Positions 13,733 to 22,892 of a stretch of DNA of 32,000 bases are shown piece after piece. This DNA is from Candidatus Hadarchaeales archaeon (GTDB lineage: Archaea; Hadarchaeota; Hadarchaeia; Hadarchaeales; Hadarchaeaceae), in NCBI GenBank assembly GCA_038823825.1, contig JAWBCC010000004.1, forward strand, positions 1 to 32,000, read 5' to 3'. Numbering within the stretch: position 1 is the stretch's first letter; each line of letters begins with the position of its first letter. Under the pieces are notes generated by a model that searched no databases, was not told where the DNA came from, and worked only from the letters and a program-made list of their open reading frames with translations. The translations under genes and the position numbers were made by a program.

Positions 13733-15571
13733 ATGAAAAAATTTCCGATTGTGGCTGCTGTTCTGCTTGTGATCGTTTTCTCTTTCATGATCTATCTAAC
13801 AAGGAAACCTGTCGAAAAATTGCCATACACCTTCACCCGGGACTGGCTCAGGAAAGGAAACATTTGGGTTTTCGACCAACCACCACCGGAATATCTTGAG
13901 GCGCTGGGAGCAACCGGCACTGCTTTCTCCGTCTACTATTCCGGTTTCAACGAGTATGAGTGGAATTATGTGAAATCTCTACATCACCGTGGCTTTAAAG
14001 CCACTGCCAATCTTCCTCTTGGGCAGGCTACCATTACCGAAAACATCGAGCTCAGAGAAAATGTCTGCAAGAGAAACATTCACAACCAGCCAATTCTTCT
14101 GCTCGGACTAGAAGGAATTTACAACGCATGTGGGAATAATCCGCTCTGGCGTGATTTTCTCATGAAGAGGATAGCCGAGCTGGCGCAAGGAGATGTGGAC
14201 GGAATACTTCTCGACGAACCGGGGGATATCGGGGATTGTTTCTGTGACCACTGCATGCGAGCCTTTAACAATTACTTAGCTGAACATTACACGTCCGAAG
14301 AATTACAGCGGTTTTTTGGGATAACTGATCTCTCATCTTTCAGCTATCGGGAATATCTGCTGAGAAATGGGGGAACCCAATGGTGGGACGATCCCAATCC
14401 AAACCTGCAAATGGCCTATCTAAAATTCAGGTATTCGGAAAGAGTGAACTTCATTCGCAACCTCATTCGGCAAGCCAAAGAGGCCGCGGGCTGGGACATT
14501 CCCGTTACGGCCAATGTCTACGAGTTTTCACCGAATCACCAAATTTTCGTTCCCCTCCTCGACTTTGTAATCTACGAGATGCCGATAATCCCGGAAGCCC
14601 ACCCTGACGTTTCTTATCTTAGATCGATCCCTGGCAAACATTTTGTAACTTATCTTCTGGCCGAAGCTCTAGATCCAGAGAAGCCATTCTCAGCTTTCCC
14701 GGATGTCTTTGACTTACTCCACCTCTCCAGAGACTTGGAGAATGAGCAATGGCTGTGGAGATACTGGTTGGCAGAAGCGAGAGCCTGCGGCGCCTCCTTC
14801 ATGATACCATACAAAGCGTACGTTTATGGAGGGGAAAGTGATTACACGCTGGATGTCGAGGAGGTCTCTCCCTACACGAAATTCTTTGCCGAAAATCCGG
14901 AATATTATGAAAACTTGGAAAGAATTGCAACCGTTGGACTACTTTTTGATCTTCACTCCACACTTTTCAATAAGTTTACCTGGCTTACCTACAACGCATG
15001 GTCGAGCTTCGAAAACATCGGAATAACCCTCCAAGAAGCCCATGTTCCCTTTGAGGTAATTTACAGAGGCGATGGGGTTTTCGTGCAGAAATCTTGTTCA
15101 CTTAGCGAATTACGGAGGTATCGGGCGATCATAATACCTAAAGATTACGATCTCGATCAAGACTTCCTGAACATTCTGCAGCAATATTCAGCCAGCGGAG
15201 GCATAGTCATAAGACGCGACAACTTGGCTGATGACTCCCAAATAGTTTCAGAGCTGAGAAGACTCGGAATCGATCTCGGGGTGGAAACAAATGCCACAGA
15301 TGCTCTCTCGCTTATCATTTACCGTAGAGGAGATTCGCTCTTGATCCATATGATAAACTCTAGATACGACCTACAGGCGCGCGATTTTTCGAGTTTAACA
15401 AATGTAGAAATAACGCTGACGATTCCAGATGGGGTAACGCTAGATGGGAAACTCCTTAGAGTCGTAAGCCCGGATTCAGATAACATAACTCTGGGCTTCG
15501 TGATACAAGATAGAAAGGCGAAGTTCACATTGCCCTATCTTCACTGCTATTCCGTGGCATTCTTCGAGTGA
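13733..15571 (+). CDS. Membrane-anchored or secreted glycoside hydrolase-like protein (TIM-barrel and beta-galactosidase trimerisation-like part)
   Basis: N-terminal TM segment, then 'VDGILLDEPGDIGDCFCDHCMRAFNNYLAEHY', 'ASFMIPYKAYVYGGESDY' and a C-terminal GATase-like region. Confidence 0.5.
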   Translation: MKKFPIVAAVLLVIVFSFMIYLTRKPVEKLPYTFTRDWLRKGNIWVFDQPPPEYLEALGATGTAFSVYYSGFNEYEWNYVKSLHHRGFKATANLPLGQATITENIELRENVCKRNIHNQPILLLGLEGIYNACGNNPLWRDFLMKRIAELAQGDVDGILLDEPGDIGDCFCDHCMRAFNNYLAEHYTSEELQRFFGITDLSSFSYREYLLRNGGTQWWDDPNPNLQMAYLKFRYSERVNFIRNLIRQAKEAAGWDIPVTANVYEFSPNHQIFVPLLDFVIYEMPIIPEAHPDVSYLRSIPGKHFVTYLLAEALDPEKPFSAFPDVFDLLHLSRDLENEQWLWRYWLAEARACGASFMIPYKAYVYGGESDYTLDVEEVSPYTKFFAENPEYYENLERIATVGLLFDLHSTLFNKFTWLTYNAWSSFENIGITLQEAHVPFEVIYRGDGVFVQKSCSLSELRRYRAIIIPKDYDLDQDFLNILQQYSASGGIVIRRDNLADDSQIVSELRRLGIDLGVETNATDALSLIIYRRGDSLLIHMINSRYDLQARDFSSLTNVEITLTIPDGVTLDGKLLRVVSPDSDNITLGFVIQDRKAKFTLPYLHCYSVAFFE

Positions 15572-15645
15572 AAAAATTCGATGTCAATGATTATGCCGAA
15601 TGTTTTTCCGAGAAGTTTTTTAGGGGAAGAACCTACTTGAAACCG

Positions 15646-16608
15646 ATGAAACTCGTCGCTGGAATTGATATTGGAGGAACAAAAGTAAAGTGTGTTGTCG
15701 CGGATGAGAAAGGTCGATTTCTGGTTTCTCTGAAAGAGCCAATCGATGTGAGAAGTGAGAGAGCAATCGTCGAACAACTCTTCACGATGATCTCGCAGGC
15801 TTGCAAGAAGGCAAAAATCGAAAAACTAGCAGCGGTTGGCATAGCCTCAGCCGGTCCAATGAACTTGGCGAAGGGCGAGCTGATGAAACCAACCAATATA
15901 CCATTTCCAAGGGTCCCGCTCGTCCGACCTCTAGAGGAAGAGCTGGAGATTCCCGTATGTCTGCTGAACGATTGCTCGGCGGCCGTGCTGGGTGAAGCCA
16001 TCTTTGGAGCCGGGAAGGGGGAAGAAAACGTCGTGTACGTCGGGATCGGGACGGGAATAGGTGGGGGTGCAATCGTTGACGGTCATCTTCTCTTCGGGAA
16101 AGATGGAAACGCGTGCGAAATCGGACATATCGTTGTAGATCCAGCCGGTAGGCTCGAGTGTGGTTGCGGAAAAAGAGGACACTGGGAAGCCTACTGTTCT
16201 GGTAAAAATATTCCAAACTTCGTAAGGATGAGGCTTGAGGAGATGGGCGAGAAATCTGACCTATCGGAGCTCGGTTCAAAGGAGATATATCAGAGAGCGA
16301 GAAGCGGAGATAAACTCGCTCTCAAACTCGTCATGGAAATAGCGGAGTTAAACGCAGTGGGTCTAGCCGACGTCGTTAACGTGTATGACCCGTCTATTCT
16401 CACGCTTGGAGGGAGTGTCGCGCTGAAGGATTCCGACCTTGTCGTCGAGCCCGCGAAGAAGCGGATAGCCAAATATCTGAGAAACAGAAAGCCGAAAGTT
16501 GTGACGACACCACTCGGCGAAGATGCTGTCCTCTTCGGAGCAGTTGCGCTGGCCCTTAATCCAGAAGTCTTGCCGAAAAAGTTTAGGCATGCCTCAAGAT
16601 TCTTGTAA
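15646..16608 (+). CDS. ROK-family sugar kinase (glucokinase-like)
   Basis: 'VAGIDIGGTKVKCVVADEKG', 'NDCSAAVLGEAIFGAGKGEENVVYVGIGTGIGGGAIVDG', 'EIGHIVVDPAGRLECGCGKRGHWEAYCSG'. Alternative GTG start at 15568. Confidence 0.92.
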   Translation: MKLVAGIDIGGTKVKCVVADEKGRFLVSLKEPIDVRSERAIVEQLFTMISQACKKAKIEKLAAVGIASAGPMNLAKGELMKPTNIPFPRVPLVRPLEEELEIPVCLLNDCSAAVLGEAIFGAGKGEENVVYVGIGTGIGGGAIVDGHLLFGKDGNACEIGHIVVDPAGRLECGCGKRGHWEAYCSGKNIPNFVRMRLEEMGEKSDLSELGSKEIYQRARSGDKLALKLVMEIAELNAVGLADVVNVYDPSILTLGGSVALKDSDLVVEPAKKRIAKYLRNRKPKVVTTPLGEDAVLFGAVALALNPEVLPKKFRHASRFL

Positions 16609-16617
16609 GGTGTCCAA

Positions 16618-17031
16618 ATGATCGAGATTATTTTTATAATTGCCGGATTCCTCTTTGGAATCTTCCTGGCTTCAAAATACTACCAATGGAAGTTTAGAAC
16701 TATGCTTGAAAGATGGAGAATGGAGTTCGAAGAAAAGTTGAAAGCGGAGATTCTGGAAAGGAGTCGGGCGGTTTTGAAAGGAAAAATAGGAGAACAGCTT
16801 GCCCCGCTTCTCCCTGCCTTCAAGCATGAGCCGGCTGATGCACGCTTCATCGGCTCCCCGGTAGACTACATCGTCTTCGAGGGATACAAGGAAGGTGAAC
16901 CACAAAAAATAATCTTCTTGGACGTAAAAACTGGAAAGAGCCGAGAGCTCACGCCGATCGAAAGAAAGATCAAAAAGCTAATAGATGAAAAAAAGATCGA
17001 GTGGGAGACAGTAGAAATCCCTGAAGTTTGA
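16618..17031 (+). CDS. Holliday junction resolvase-related endonuclease with N-terminal TM
   Basis: TM helix, then 'GKIGEQLAPLLPAFKHEPADARFIGSPVDYIVFEGYKEG...IIFLDVKTGKSRELTPIERKIK'. Confidence 0.7.
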   Translation: MIEIIFIIAGFLFGIFLASKYYQWKFRTMLERWRMEFEEKLKAEILERSRAVLKGKIGEQLAPLLPAFKHEPADARFIGSPVDYIVFEGYKEGEPQKIIFLDVKTGKSRELTPIERKIKKLIDEKKIEWETVEIPEV

Positions 17032-17034
17032 AAA

Positions 17035-17409
17035 TCACCAGCTTTCTCCAAGAAAATCCACGATGAAACATGCATTGTATGTAGCCTCGATCCCGTTTGC
17101 TCTGCAGAACTCAATCGCCCTTTCTGACTCAGATCCTGGTTGCATCCAGACTTTTGTTATGCCAAGTTCTCTGCACTCCTCGACAATCTTCTCCGTCACC
17201 CGCGGTGGAACTACCGTTATCACAAGATCCGGCTTGACCGGCAGATCTTTCAGAGAGGAGTAACATTTTTCTCCATCGACTTCGGGATAATTGGGATTTA
17301 CAGGAAAGACATCGAATCCAAGAGATTTTAGCTTGTTGTAAATTCTCCACCCCCACTTTTCTCTGTTAGGAGAGGCGCCGACCACAGCTATTTTCTTCGG
17401 CAGGGTCAC
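17035..17409 (-). CDS. CoA-binding domain protein (YccU-like)
   Basis: 'KIAVVGASPNREKWGWRIYNKLKSLGFDVFPVNPNYPEVDGEKCYSSLKDLP...VWMQPGSES'. Confidence 0.85.
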   Translation of the reverse strand: MTLPKKIAVVGASPNREKWGWRIYNKLKSLGFDVFPVNPNYPEVDGEKCYSSLKDLPVKPDLVITVVPPRVTEKIVEECRELGITKVWMQPGSESERAIEFCRANGIEATYNACFIVDFLGESW

Positions 17410-17446
17410 AATATCACCTTAAACTCGGAAGATAAAGAAATTCCAG

Positions 17447-19492
17447 ATGCGAGACAAAATTATCCTGACCGCTTTAATAATCACCATTCTGACTCTCACT
17501 CTGTTCAAAAATATCCATGCCGAAAGCATGCCTGCTCCCGAGAATCTTGCCGACTATGTCAATCCTTTCATTGGGGTAGGTGAGGACGGAAGGACTTTCC
17601 CAGCAGTTTCCCTTCCGTTCGGTTTTACCCAGTGGACTCCACAGTCACCTAAGGAGACCGAAAGAGCAGAGATTCCCTACTGGGGAGAAAACACTATAAC
17701 TGGGTTCAGAGGATCACATGCCCCGCAGGGTTCCTGGATGCTCGACTACGGATGTCTGACAATCCAGCCACAAGCCGGATCTCTGAAGCTCACACCCGCC
17801 CAGAGAGAGGTCAGAATGGAAAACGTTGAAGCGCATCCGGACTACTGGTCATGCATCCTGATAGATCAGTTCGGAATAAAAGTTGAGATAACAGCGACGA
17901 TGCATTGTGCTATTTTTAGGCTGACTTATCTCGGATCAGGAGCAGCGTACGTTCTGGTGGACGCACATGCGGGCGGACAAACCTTTGTTATTCATGAGAA
18001 CTCCGAGATTCTCGTACATAATGTGCAACACGGGTATGGTAGCTCGATCGAGGGTTTTCATGTCGTCCGATTCGAAAAACCCTTCCTGCAGTCTTCGGCG
18101 GCTTCTGGAGAGCTCGCACACGCAGACTATGCAGTGCAGTCCGGCGATGTGATACTCCTGAAGGTCGGAACGTCTTTCATAAGCTATGAACAGGCGAGAA
18201 TGAACTTAGCCCTAGAAATTCCCGGCTGGGACTTTGAAAACGTGAGGAGGACCGCGAGAGAAATCTGGAATAAAGAACTAGGACGCATAGAAGTGGAAAG
18301 CGAAAACCAAGAGGACCTCGTGAAGTTTTACACGGCTCTCTATCACTGCCTGCTGGAACCGAGCCAGCTTTCCGAGTATGGAAAATACTACAGTGCCTTC
18401 GACAACAAAATCCACGAGTGTGCGTGGGGAGAATACTACAACGATTTTTCGCTCTGGGACACGTTTCGGGCCGAACATTCCCTCCTGATACTCCTCAAAC
18501 CAAGAGAAGCGGAAGATATGTGCCAGTCGCTTACCAGAATGGGGATCGAAGGTGGGTGGATTCCGAAGTGGCCCAACCCAGGATATTCTGGAATAATGAT
18601 TGCGACGCATGCTGATTCCGTCATTGCCGAAACATACCTGAAAGGACTTGTTCGATTTGATGCCGAAACTGCATATATGTTATGCTACAAACACGCGACG
18701 CGTCCGGGGCCGTCGTTCTTCGAGGCGAGAGAGGGAGTCGAATATTACACAGAACTGGGATATGTGCCGGCCAACGTCATGGGGGAAGCCACCTCGATCA
18801 CAATTGAGTCCTCGTACGACGATTATGCGCTGGCAATGTTTGCACTGGCTCTCGGAAGGGAAAACGAACACAGATACTTCCTCGAGAGATCCAGATACTG
18901 GAGGAACGTTTACGATCCAAATGCACCGGGTGAACCCGGAAATCCTTACAGAGGATACGTACGTGGCAGAAATCTAGATGGATCTTGGACGAATCCTACA
19001 GATTTTTCTCCAACTCAGTGGTATTCCTACATCACTGAAGGAACGCCATTTCAGTACACTTGGCATGTGATGCACGATGTGAAGGGTTTGATAGACGCGA
19101 TGGGCGGTAGAGACATCTTTAACGCAAAACTCGATTGGTTCTTTGATCACTCAGTGTGGAGGAAGGGGAACGACTGGTCAAGCTACTACTGGCACGGAAA
19201 TGAGCCCTGTCAACATGTAGCTTACCTTTACAACTGGTCGGGTAAACCTTGGAGGACACAAGAACTTGTCAGAAAAATCATGGAGACCAGATACTGGACG
19301 ATAACTGGAAAGATAGGGGGACTCTGTGGCAATGAGGATTGCGGTCAAACATCTGCCTGGTTTGTTTTCTCGGCGATGGGATTTTATCCGGTCTGCCCAG
19401 TCGGTCTTCACTACGAAATCGGTAGTCCCCTCTTTAAAAAATCATCGTCCATCTGCCCGATTATCATTACGGCGGAAGAGATTTCACAATAA
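17447..19492 (+). CDS. Secreted GH92 alpha-mannosidase, N-terminal part before the frameshift
   Basis: Signal peptide; 'DYVNPFIGVGEDGRTFPAVSLPFGFTQWTPQS', 'ITGFRGSHAPQGSW', 'GNEPCQHVAYLYNWSGKPWRTQ', 'GGLCGNEDCGQTSAWFVFSAMGFYPVCPVGLHYEIGSPLFKK'. Confidence 0.88.
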   Translation: MRDKIILTALIITILTLTLFKNIHAESMPAPENLADYVNPFIGVGEDGRTFPAVSLPFGFTQWTPQSPKETERAEIPYWGENTITGFRGSHAPQGSWMLDYGCLTIQPQAGSLKLTPAQREVRMENVEAHPDYWSCILIDQFGIKVEITATMHCAIFRLTYLGSGAAYVLVDAHAGGQTFVIHENSEILVHNVQHGYGSSIEGFHVVRFEKPFLQSSAASGELAHADYAVQSGDVILLKVGTSFISYEQARMNLALEIPGWDFENVRRTAREIWNKELGRIEVESENQEDLVKFYTALYHCLLEPSQLSEYGKYYSAFDNKIHECAWGEYYNDFSLWDTFRAEHSLLILLKPREAEDMCQSLTRMGIEGGWIPKWPNPGYSGIMIATHADSVIAETYLKGLVRFDAETAYMLCYKHATRPGPSFFEAREGVEYYTELGYVPANVMGEATSITIESSYDDYALAMFALALGRENEHRYFLERSRYWRNVYDPNAPGEPGNPYRGYVRGRNLDGSWTNPTDFSPTQWYSYITEGTPFQYTWHVMHDVKGLIDAMGGRDIFNAKLDWFFDHSVWRKGNDWSSYYWHGNEPCQHVAYLYNWSGKPWRTQELVRKIMETRYWTITGKIGGLCGNEDCGQTSAWFVFSAMGFYPVCPVGLHYEIGSPLFKKSSSICPIIITAEEISQ

Positions 19493-21654
19493 TCGCTCAT
19501 AACAATTCAAAAGAGAACGTTTATATTCAGTCGGCCAAACTAAACGGAAAACCGCTTAACAGACCTTGGCTTTGGCACTGGGAAATAGCCGCCGGCGGAA
19601 CGCTTGAGCTCTGGATGGGTCCTCAACCGAACTATGAATGGGGGGTCAATCCAGACGACATGCCTCCCTCTGGAGAGTATATTCCATGGACTCCTTTAGA
19701 ATGTAAGAGTTTAGAGGCGCCTGAAAAAGTAGAAATCGGGAAAAATTTCCAAGCGACAATCAGAGTGAGAAATCCGCTTCCGGCGACCGTTGTCGGATAC
19801 ATCGTTGTAAAAATAGATAACGAAAACATGCTGAAACCTGTGATTGTAAGAGGAGAGGAAAATCTCGTAGTTTTTGACTGTCTGTTCTACCGGGCGGGCG
19901 AACATGTTATCTCCGTCGAAAATCATTACGTAATAGTTAGAGCTGAGCCTTTCCCCACTATTTTGAGATTCCCTCCATGGAGAAATGTAACCAAGGGACT
20001 TGTGGAGGAAAATAGTTCTCTGAAAATCGAGCCTATTCCGTCACAAATTGTCCGAGATTTGTCGGGGAACGGAAACAATGGAGTATTAGAGATCTCTTCG
20101 AACGCAGAACATGAGGATCCGCTAATAGTCAAAGATGGAACGAACTGGGTTTTCGAGTTCAATGGTGTAAACGATATTATAACCGTGCCGTCTTCCTCTT
20201 CTCTAAACTTGGGTTCTGAGTTCACGATCTCGGCATGGATATACTACGTGCACACGCCGGGGATTCACAGAATCATCAGTAAGTGGGGTGCGAACTACAG
20301 CCAGAAATCCTACCAGCTTTGGATTGCCGGGAGCGGATGGGGAGGACCCAAGGATGAAGTTATCTTGGAAACCCGAGATGGCGGAGTGGTGAACACCAGA
20401 TACGTGATGCCAAGTGAGGAGTGGCATCTGCTGACATGGGTTCACTCAAGAAGTGATGGATTCGACAGACTATTTATCGACGCCCAGTTGGTTTTCGAGA
20501 GAAGCGTAATCGCTGATCCAAGCCCCTCCGATCAATCGCTCGGCCTAGCAGGACAAACAGGAATCGAGCAATCGCGGCGCTTCAACTTCAGGGGCAGGAT
20601 GGATGACATAAGGATTTATCGCAAGGCTCTGAATTCTCAAGAAATCCAAACTTTATTCTTGGGCGGACTAGTGGAAGACCAAGCGCTTGTTGCTAGGTGG
20701 GACGCGGACGATCCCGCCTGCTTCGCAGGTGGTTCCGAAAGCTGGAATTCTGGATGGTTCGAGTTCGGATTTCCTGTCAAACTCATCTCGGTAGAATACG
20801 GGGTTGTTCGATCAATTGATGAAAATGTATACCTCACGCTATTATTGGATAACCAGTATGCGGTCGGGGTCTTCGGACCCATTTCTCTCGAAGGAGACAG
20901 AAAGATCTGGGTGGAAAACATCATCACAGAGAAGCTGTCTATAATCCTCGAACTTCAGACATCAAATTCGATACATTCGCCTAAAGTTAGAAATTTCTCC
21001 TTGGCAATGGAACCAGCTGAAGCTGCCCGCTTCATTTTCGAGAATCTAAACGTAGAACCACATGAGGTTCTTTCAGGAGAACCTGTGACGATTTTCGTTG
21101 ACATCAAAAATGTTGGAGATCTCGCCGGCACTTGCAGGATTGAACTTCTGATCGACAACGATGTTATCGACAATATCGACATCACACTGCAGCCAGGAGA
21201 AGCTAGAAGGGTGTATTTTACTCAGAGCCTAACGACGCCCGGAAAGCATACGGTTACCATCGGGGAGCTGAGTGTAGAATTCAATGTAGTCTCCTTTGAG
21301 ACGAAATTCATCATTCTCGGATTGAATGTTTCAAAAGAGAGGGTGAAGAAAGGCGAAAAGCTTGAAGTGATCGTGGTTGTTAAAAATTCTGGTAACACTT
21401 CTGGCACTTACGAAGTTATTCTGAAAGTGGATGGTGTGCAGGTTGAAAATATGCTTGTCTCGCTCGGCCCTTCCGAAAACATTGAAATCAGTTTTCGGAT
21501 TCGAATTTACAAAGCTGGAAAACATGTCGTTTCTGTCGATAATCTGGCCGAAGAGATCAACGTGTACGAGGAAAAAGATCTGACCTCAATAGTCGTGGGG
21601 GTTGCTGCAGCGCTTCTTGCAATCGCGCTGGGCTTAAAGTTCTTTTTCCGCTAG
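19438..21654 (+). CDS. C-terminal continuation of the GH92 protein: GH92 tail, CARDB-like domain, LamG/concanavalin-like domain, two CARDB-like domains, C-terminal TM anchor
   Basis: Reading frame open from 19438: 'IIVHLPDYHYGGRDFTIIAHNNSKENVYIQSAKLNGKPLNRPWLWHWEIAAGGTLELWMGPQPNYEWG' is the canonical GH92 end. LamG-like 'GVNDIITVPSSSSLNLGSEFTISAWIY...GRMDDIRIYRKALNSQEI'. TM 'SIVVGVAAALLAIALGLKFFF'. Confidence 0.8.
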   Translation, partial: KIIVHLPDYHYGGRDFTIIAHNNSKENVYIQSAKLNGKPLNRPWLWHWEIAAGGTLELWMGPQPNYEWGVNPDDMPPSGEYIPWTPLECKSLEAPEKVEIGKNFQATIRVRNPLPATVVGYIVVKIDNENMLKPVIVRGEENLVVFDCLFYRAGEHVISVENHYVIVRAEPFPTILRFPPWRNVTKGLVEENSSLKIEPIPSQIVRDLSGNGNNGVLEISSNAEHEDPLIVKDGTNWVFEFNGVNDIITVPSSSSLNLGSEFTISAWIYYVHTPGIHRIISKWGANYSQKSYQLWIAGSGWGGPKDEVILETRDGGVVNTRYVMPSEEWHLLTWVHSRSDGFDRLFIDAQLVFERSVIADPSPSDQSLGLAGQTGIEQSRRFNFRGRMDDIRIYRKALNSQEIQTLFLGGLVEDQALVARWDADDPACFAGGSESWNSGWFEFGFPVKLISVEYGVVRSIDENVYLTLLLDNQYAVGVFGPISLEGDRKIWVENIITEKLSIILELQTSNSIHSPKVRNFSLAMEPAEAARFIFENLNVEPHEVLSGEPVTIFVDIKNVGDLAGTCRIELLIDNDVIDNIDITLQPGEARRVYFTQSLTTPGKHTVTIGELSVEFNVVSFETKFIILGLNVSKERVKKGEKLEVIVVVKNSGNTSGTYEVILKVDGVQVENMLVSLGPSENIEISFRIRIYKAGKHVVSVDNLAEEINVYEEKDLTSIVVGVAAALLAIALGLKFFFR

Positions 21655-22080
21655 CAACCTGAATTTGAAAACATAACGTCCGTCCTTTCGTATGCGCCAG
21701 GCGTCGACCAATCTGAAAAATCCATGATATTTCCAGATTCCCGGGGCGATCTTCTCATAAACTTTTACCCGCTCTGCTTTTCTTTTACCCAATTTAAAGG
21801 CCTTCACGGCCTCAAAGAAAAGACCGTTCTGCGTCAGCTTTCTGGATTTCGTCGTATACGGTTGGTCTATGCTCTTTGGGTCTGGACATCCTTTTCTCCT
21901 GAAGGCATTATGACCTTCATAAATGAGAATCTTGCCCGCTTCTTCCCAAAAATCCTCATAGGGTACATCTGATGAAGTATTCATCAAGATCACGCTGTAG
22001 TTTTTCTTCAACCGATAGTACATTCCACGGCGCAATCTTTTGCCTTCACGGCTACACATTTCTTGATAGGATATCTGCAC
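21634..22080 (-). CDS. Solo SRA/YDG-like domain protein (domain usually fused to HNH endonucleases)
   Basis: 'RRGMYYRLKKNYSVILMNTSSDVPYEDFW...LIYEGHNA...KSIDQPYTTKSRKLTQNGLFFEAVKAFKLGKRKAERVKVYEKIAPGIWKYHGFFRLVDAWRIRKDGRYVFKFRL'. Confidence 0.55.
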   Translation of the reverse strand: MQISYQEMCSREGKRLRRGMYYRLKKNYSVILMNTSSDVPYEDFWEEAGKILIYEGHNAFRRKGCPDPKSIDQPYTTKSRKLTQNGLFFEAVKAFKLGKRKAERVKVYEKIAPGIWKYHGFFRLVDAWRIRKDGRYVFKFRLLAEKEL

Positions 22081-22105
22081 AATTCTTGGATGTATTTTAG
22101 ATTGT

Positions 22106-22807
22106 TTAAATCGATTTATGATGCAGAATACGCAGGAGTGGTATTTCCTCCATTTGATTTCGACCTACCATCTCCCAGATGATTCCTCTAGGCTTTGGAT
22201 GTTTTTTCTCGGTCTCGATTAGGCGTTCGGGTGTGGCGATGATATCGACCGGAACATCGTGAGGCTCAACCGGTACGCTCTCCACGATCTGCAGCTCGTG
22301 GACGGTTGTGGCAACTGGTGTGCTTTCTTCGGCAGCTCCACATTCCCTCAGAATTGCAAACTCTAGATCTCCGAATCCCCCTCCTTTCCCGATTCTCCCA
22401 CCACTCAAATCTACAGCAACTGAACCTTCCACAATGAGGTCCACTTTCAGATCCCATGGCATTATCTCCCTTCCGAATTTCATCGCTCCGCCTATCGTTG
22501 CGGCCTCGCGCGGATTTACGGCTCCGGAAACCTCGATAAAACCTATGCGCAATCTGGGGGAAGCCATCACAAGTCTTTTTCCGTCTATCAGCACGGCTTG
22601 CCTAACCGGAAGTTGTGGAGAATCTGGACTGACCAAGACGACCTCTGCACATCGGTACTGTCTTGATGAGCAAAGCCGTTCAGCGGCTTTCTCACTCCCG
22701 ATGAAGTTAGGAATCCTGCCCTCCACCGGTTTCGGGAATCTCGCAACCCCGGTCTCTTCGAGAATCCTCCAGATTTTCCTTCGGATTTCCATCTTCTGAG
22801 ACCTCAT
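22106..22807 (-). CDS. 5-formyltetrahydrofolate cyclo-ligase-like protein
   Basis: 'RRKIWRILEETGVARFPKPVEGRIPNFIGSEKAAERL...GRIGKGGGFGDLEFAIL'. Start probably the internal Met near 22807 rather than 22969; exact start uncertain. Confidence 0.75.
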   Translation of the reverse strand: MRSQKMEIRRKIWRILEETGVARFPKPVEGRIPNFIGSEKAAERLCSSRQYRCAEVVLVSPDSPQLPVRQAVLIDGKRLVMASPRLRIGFIEVSGAVNPREAATIGGAMKFGREIMPWDLKVDLIVEGSVAVDLSGGRIGKGGGFGDLEFAILRECGAAEESTPVATTVHELQIVESVPVEPHDVPVDIIATPERLIETEKKHPKPRGIIWEMVGRNQMEEIPLLRILHHKSI

Positions 22808-22892
22808 CCTATAATACTCGACGCAAATGGAGGAGTTTTGTTTAATTAAACCAAAAGGTATAAATAAAGGTATTATACCAAAAAGTATACTG

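Noticed and set aside
15568-15645. N-terminal extension of the ROK kinase from GTG 15568
   Set aside because: Coupled to the upstream stop (GTGA), but the 26 extra residues are not kinase-like; ATG 15646 directly precedes the conserved GIDIGGTK motif.
19431-19445. Programmed -1 ribosomal frameshift at TTTAAAAAATC
   Set aside because: No canonical X XXY YYZ heptamer in the zero frame and no obvious downstream structure seen; a homopolymer indel is simpler.
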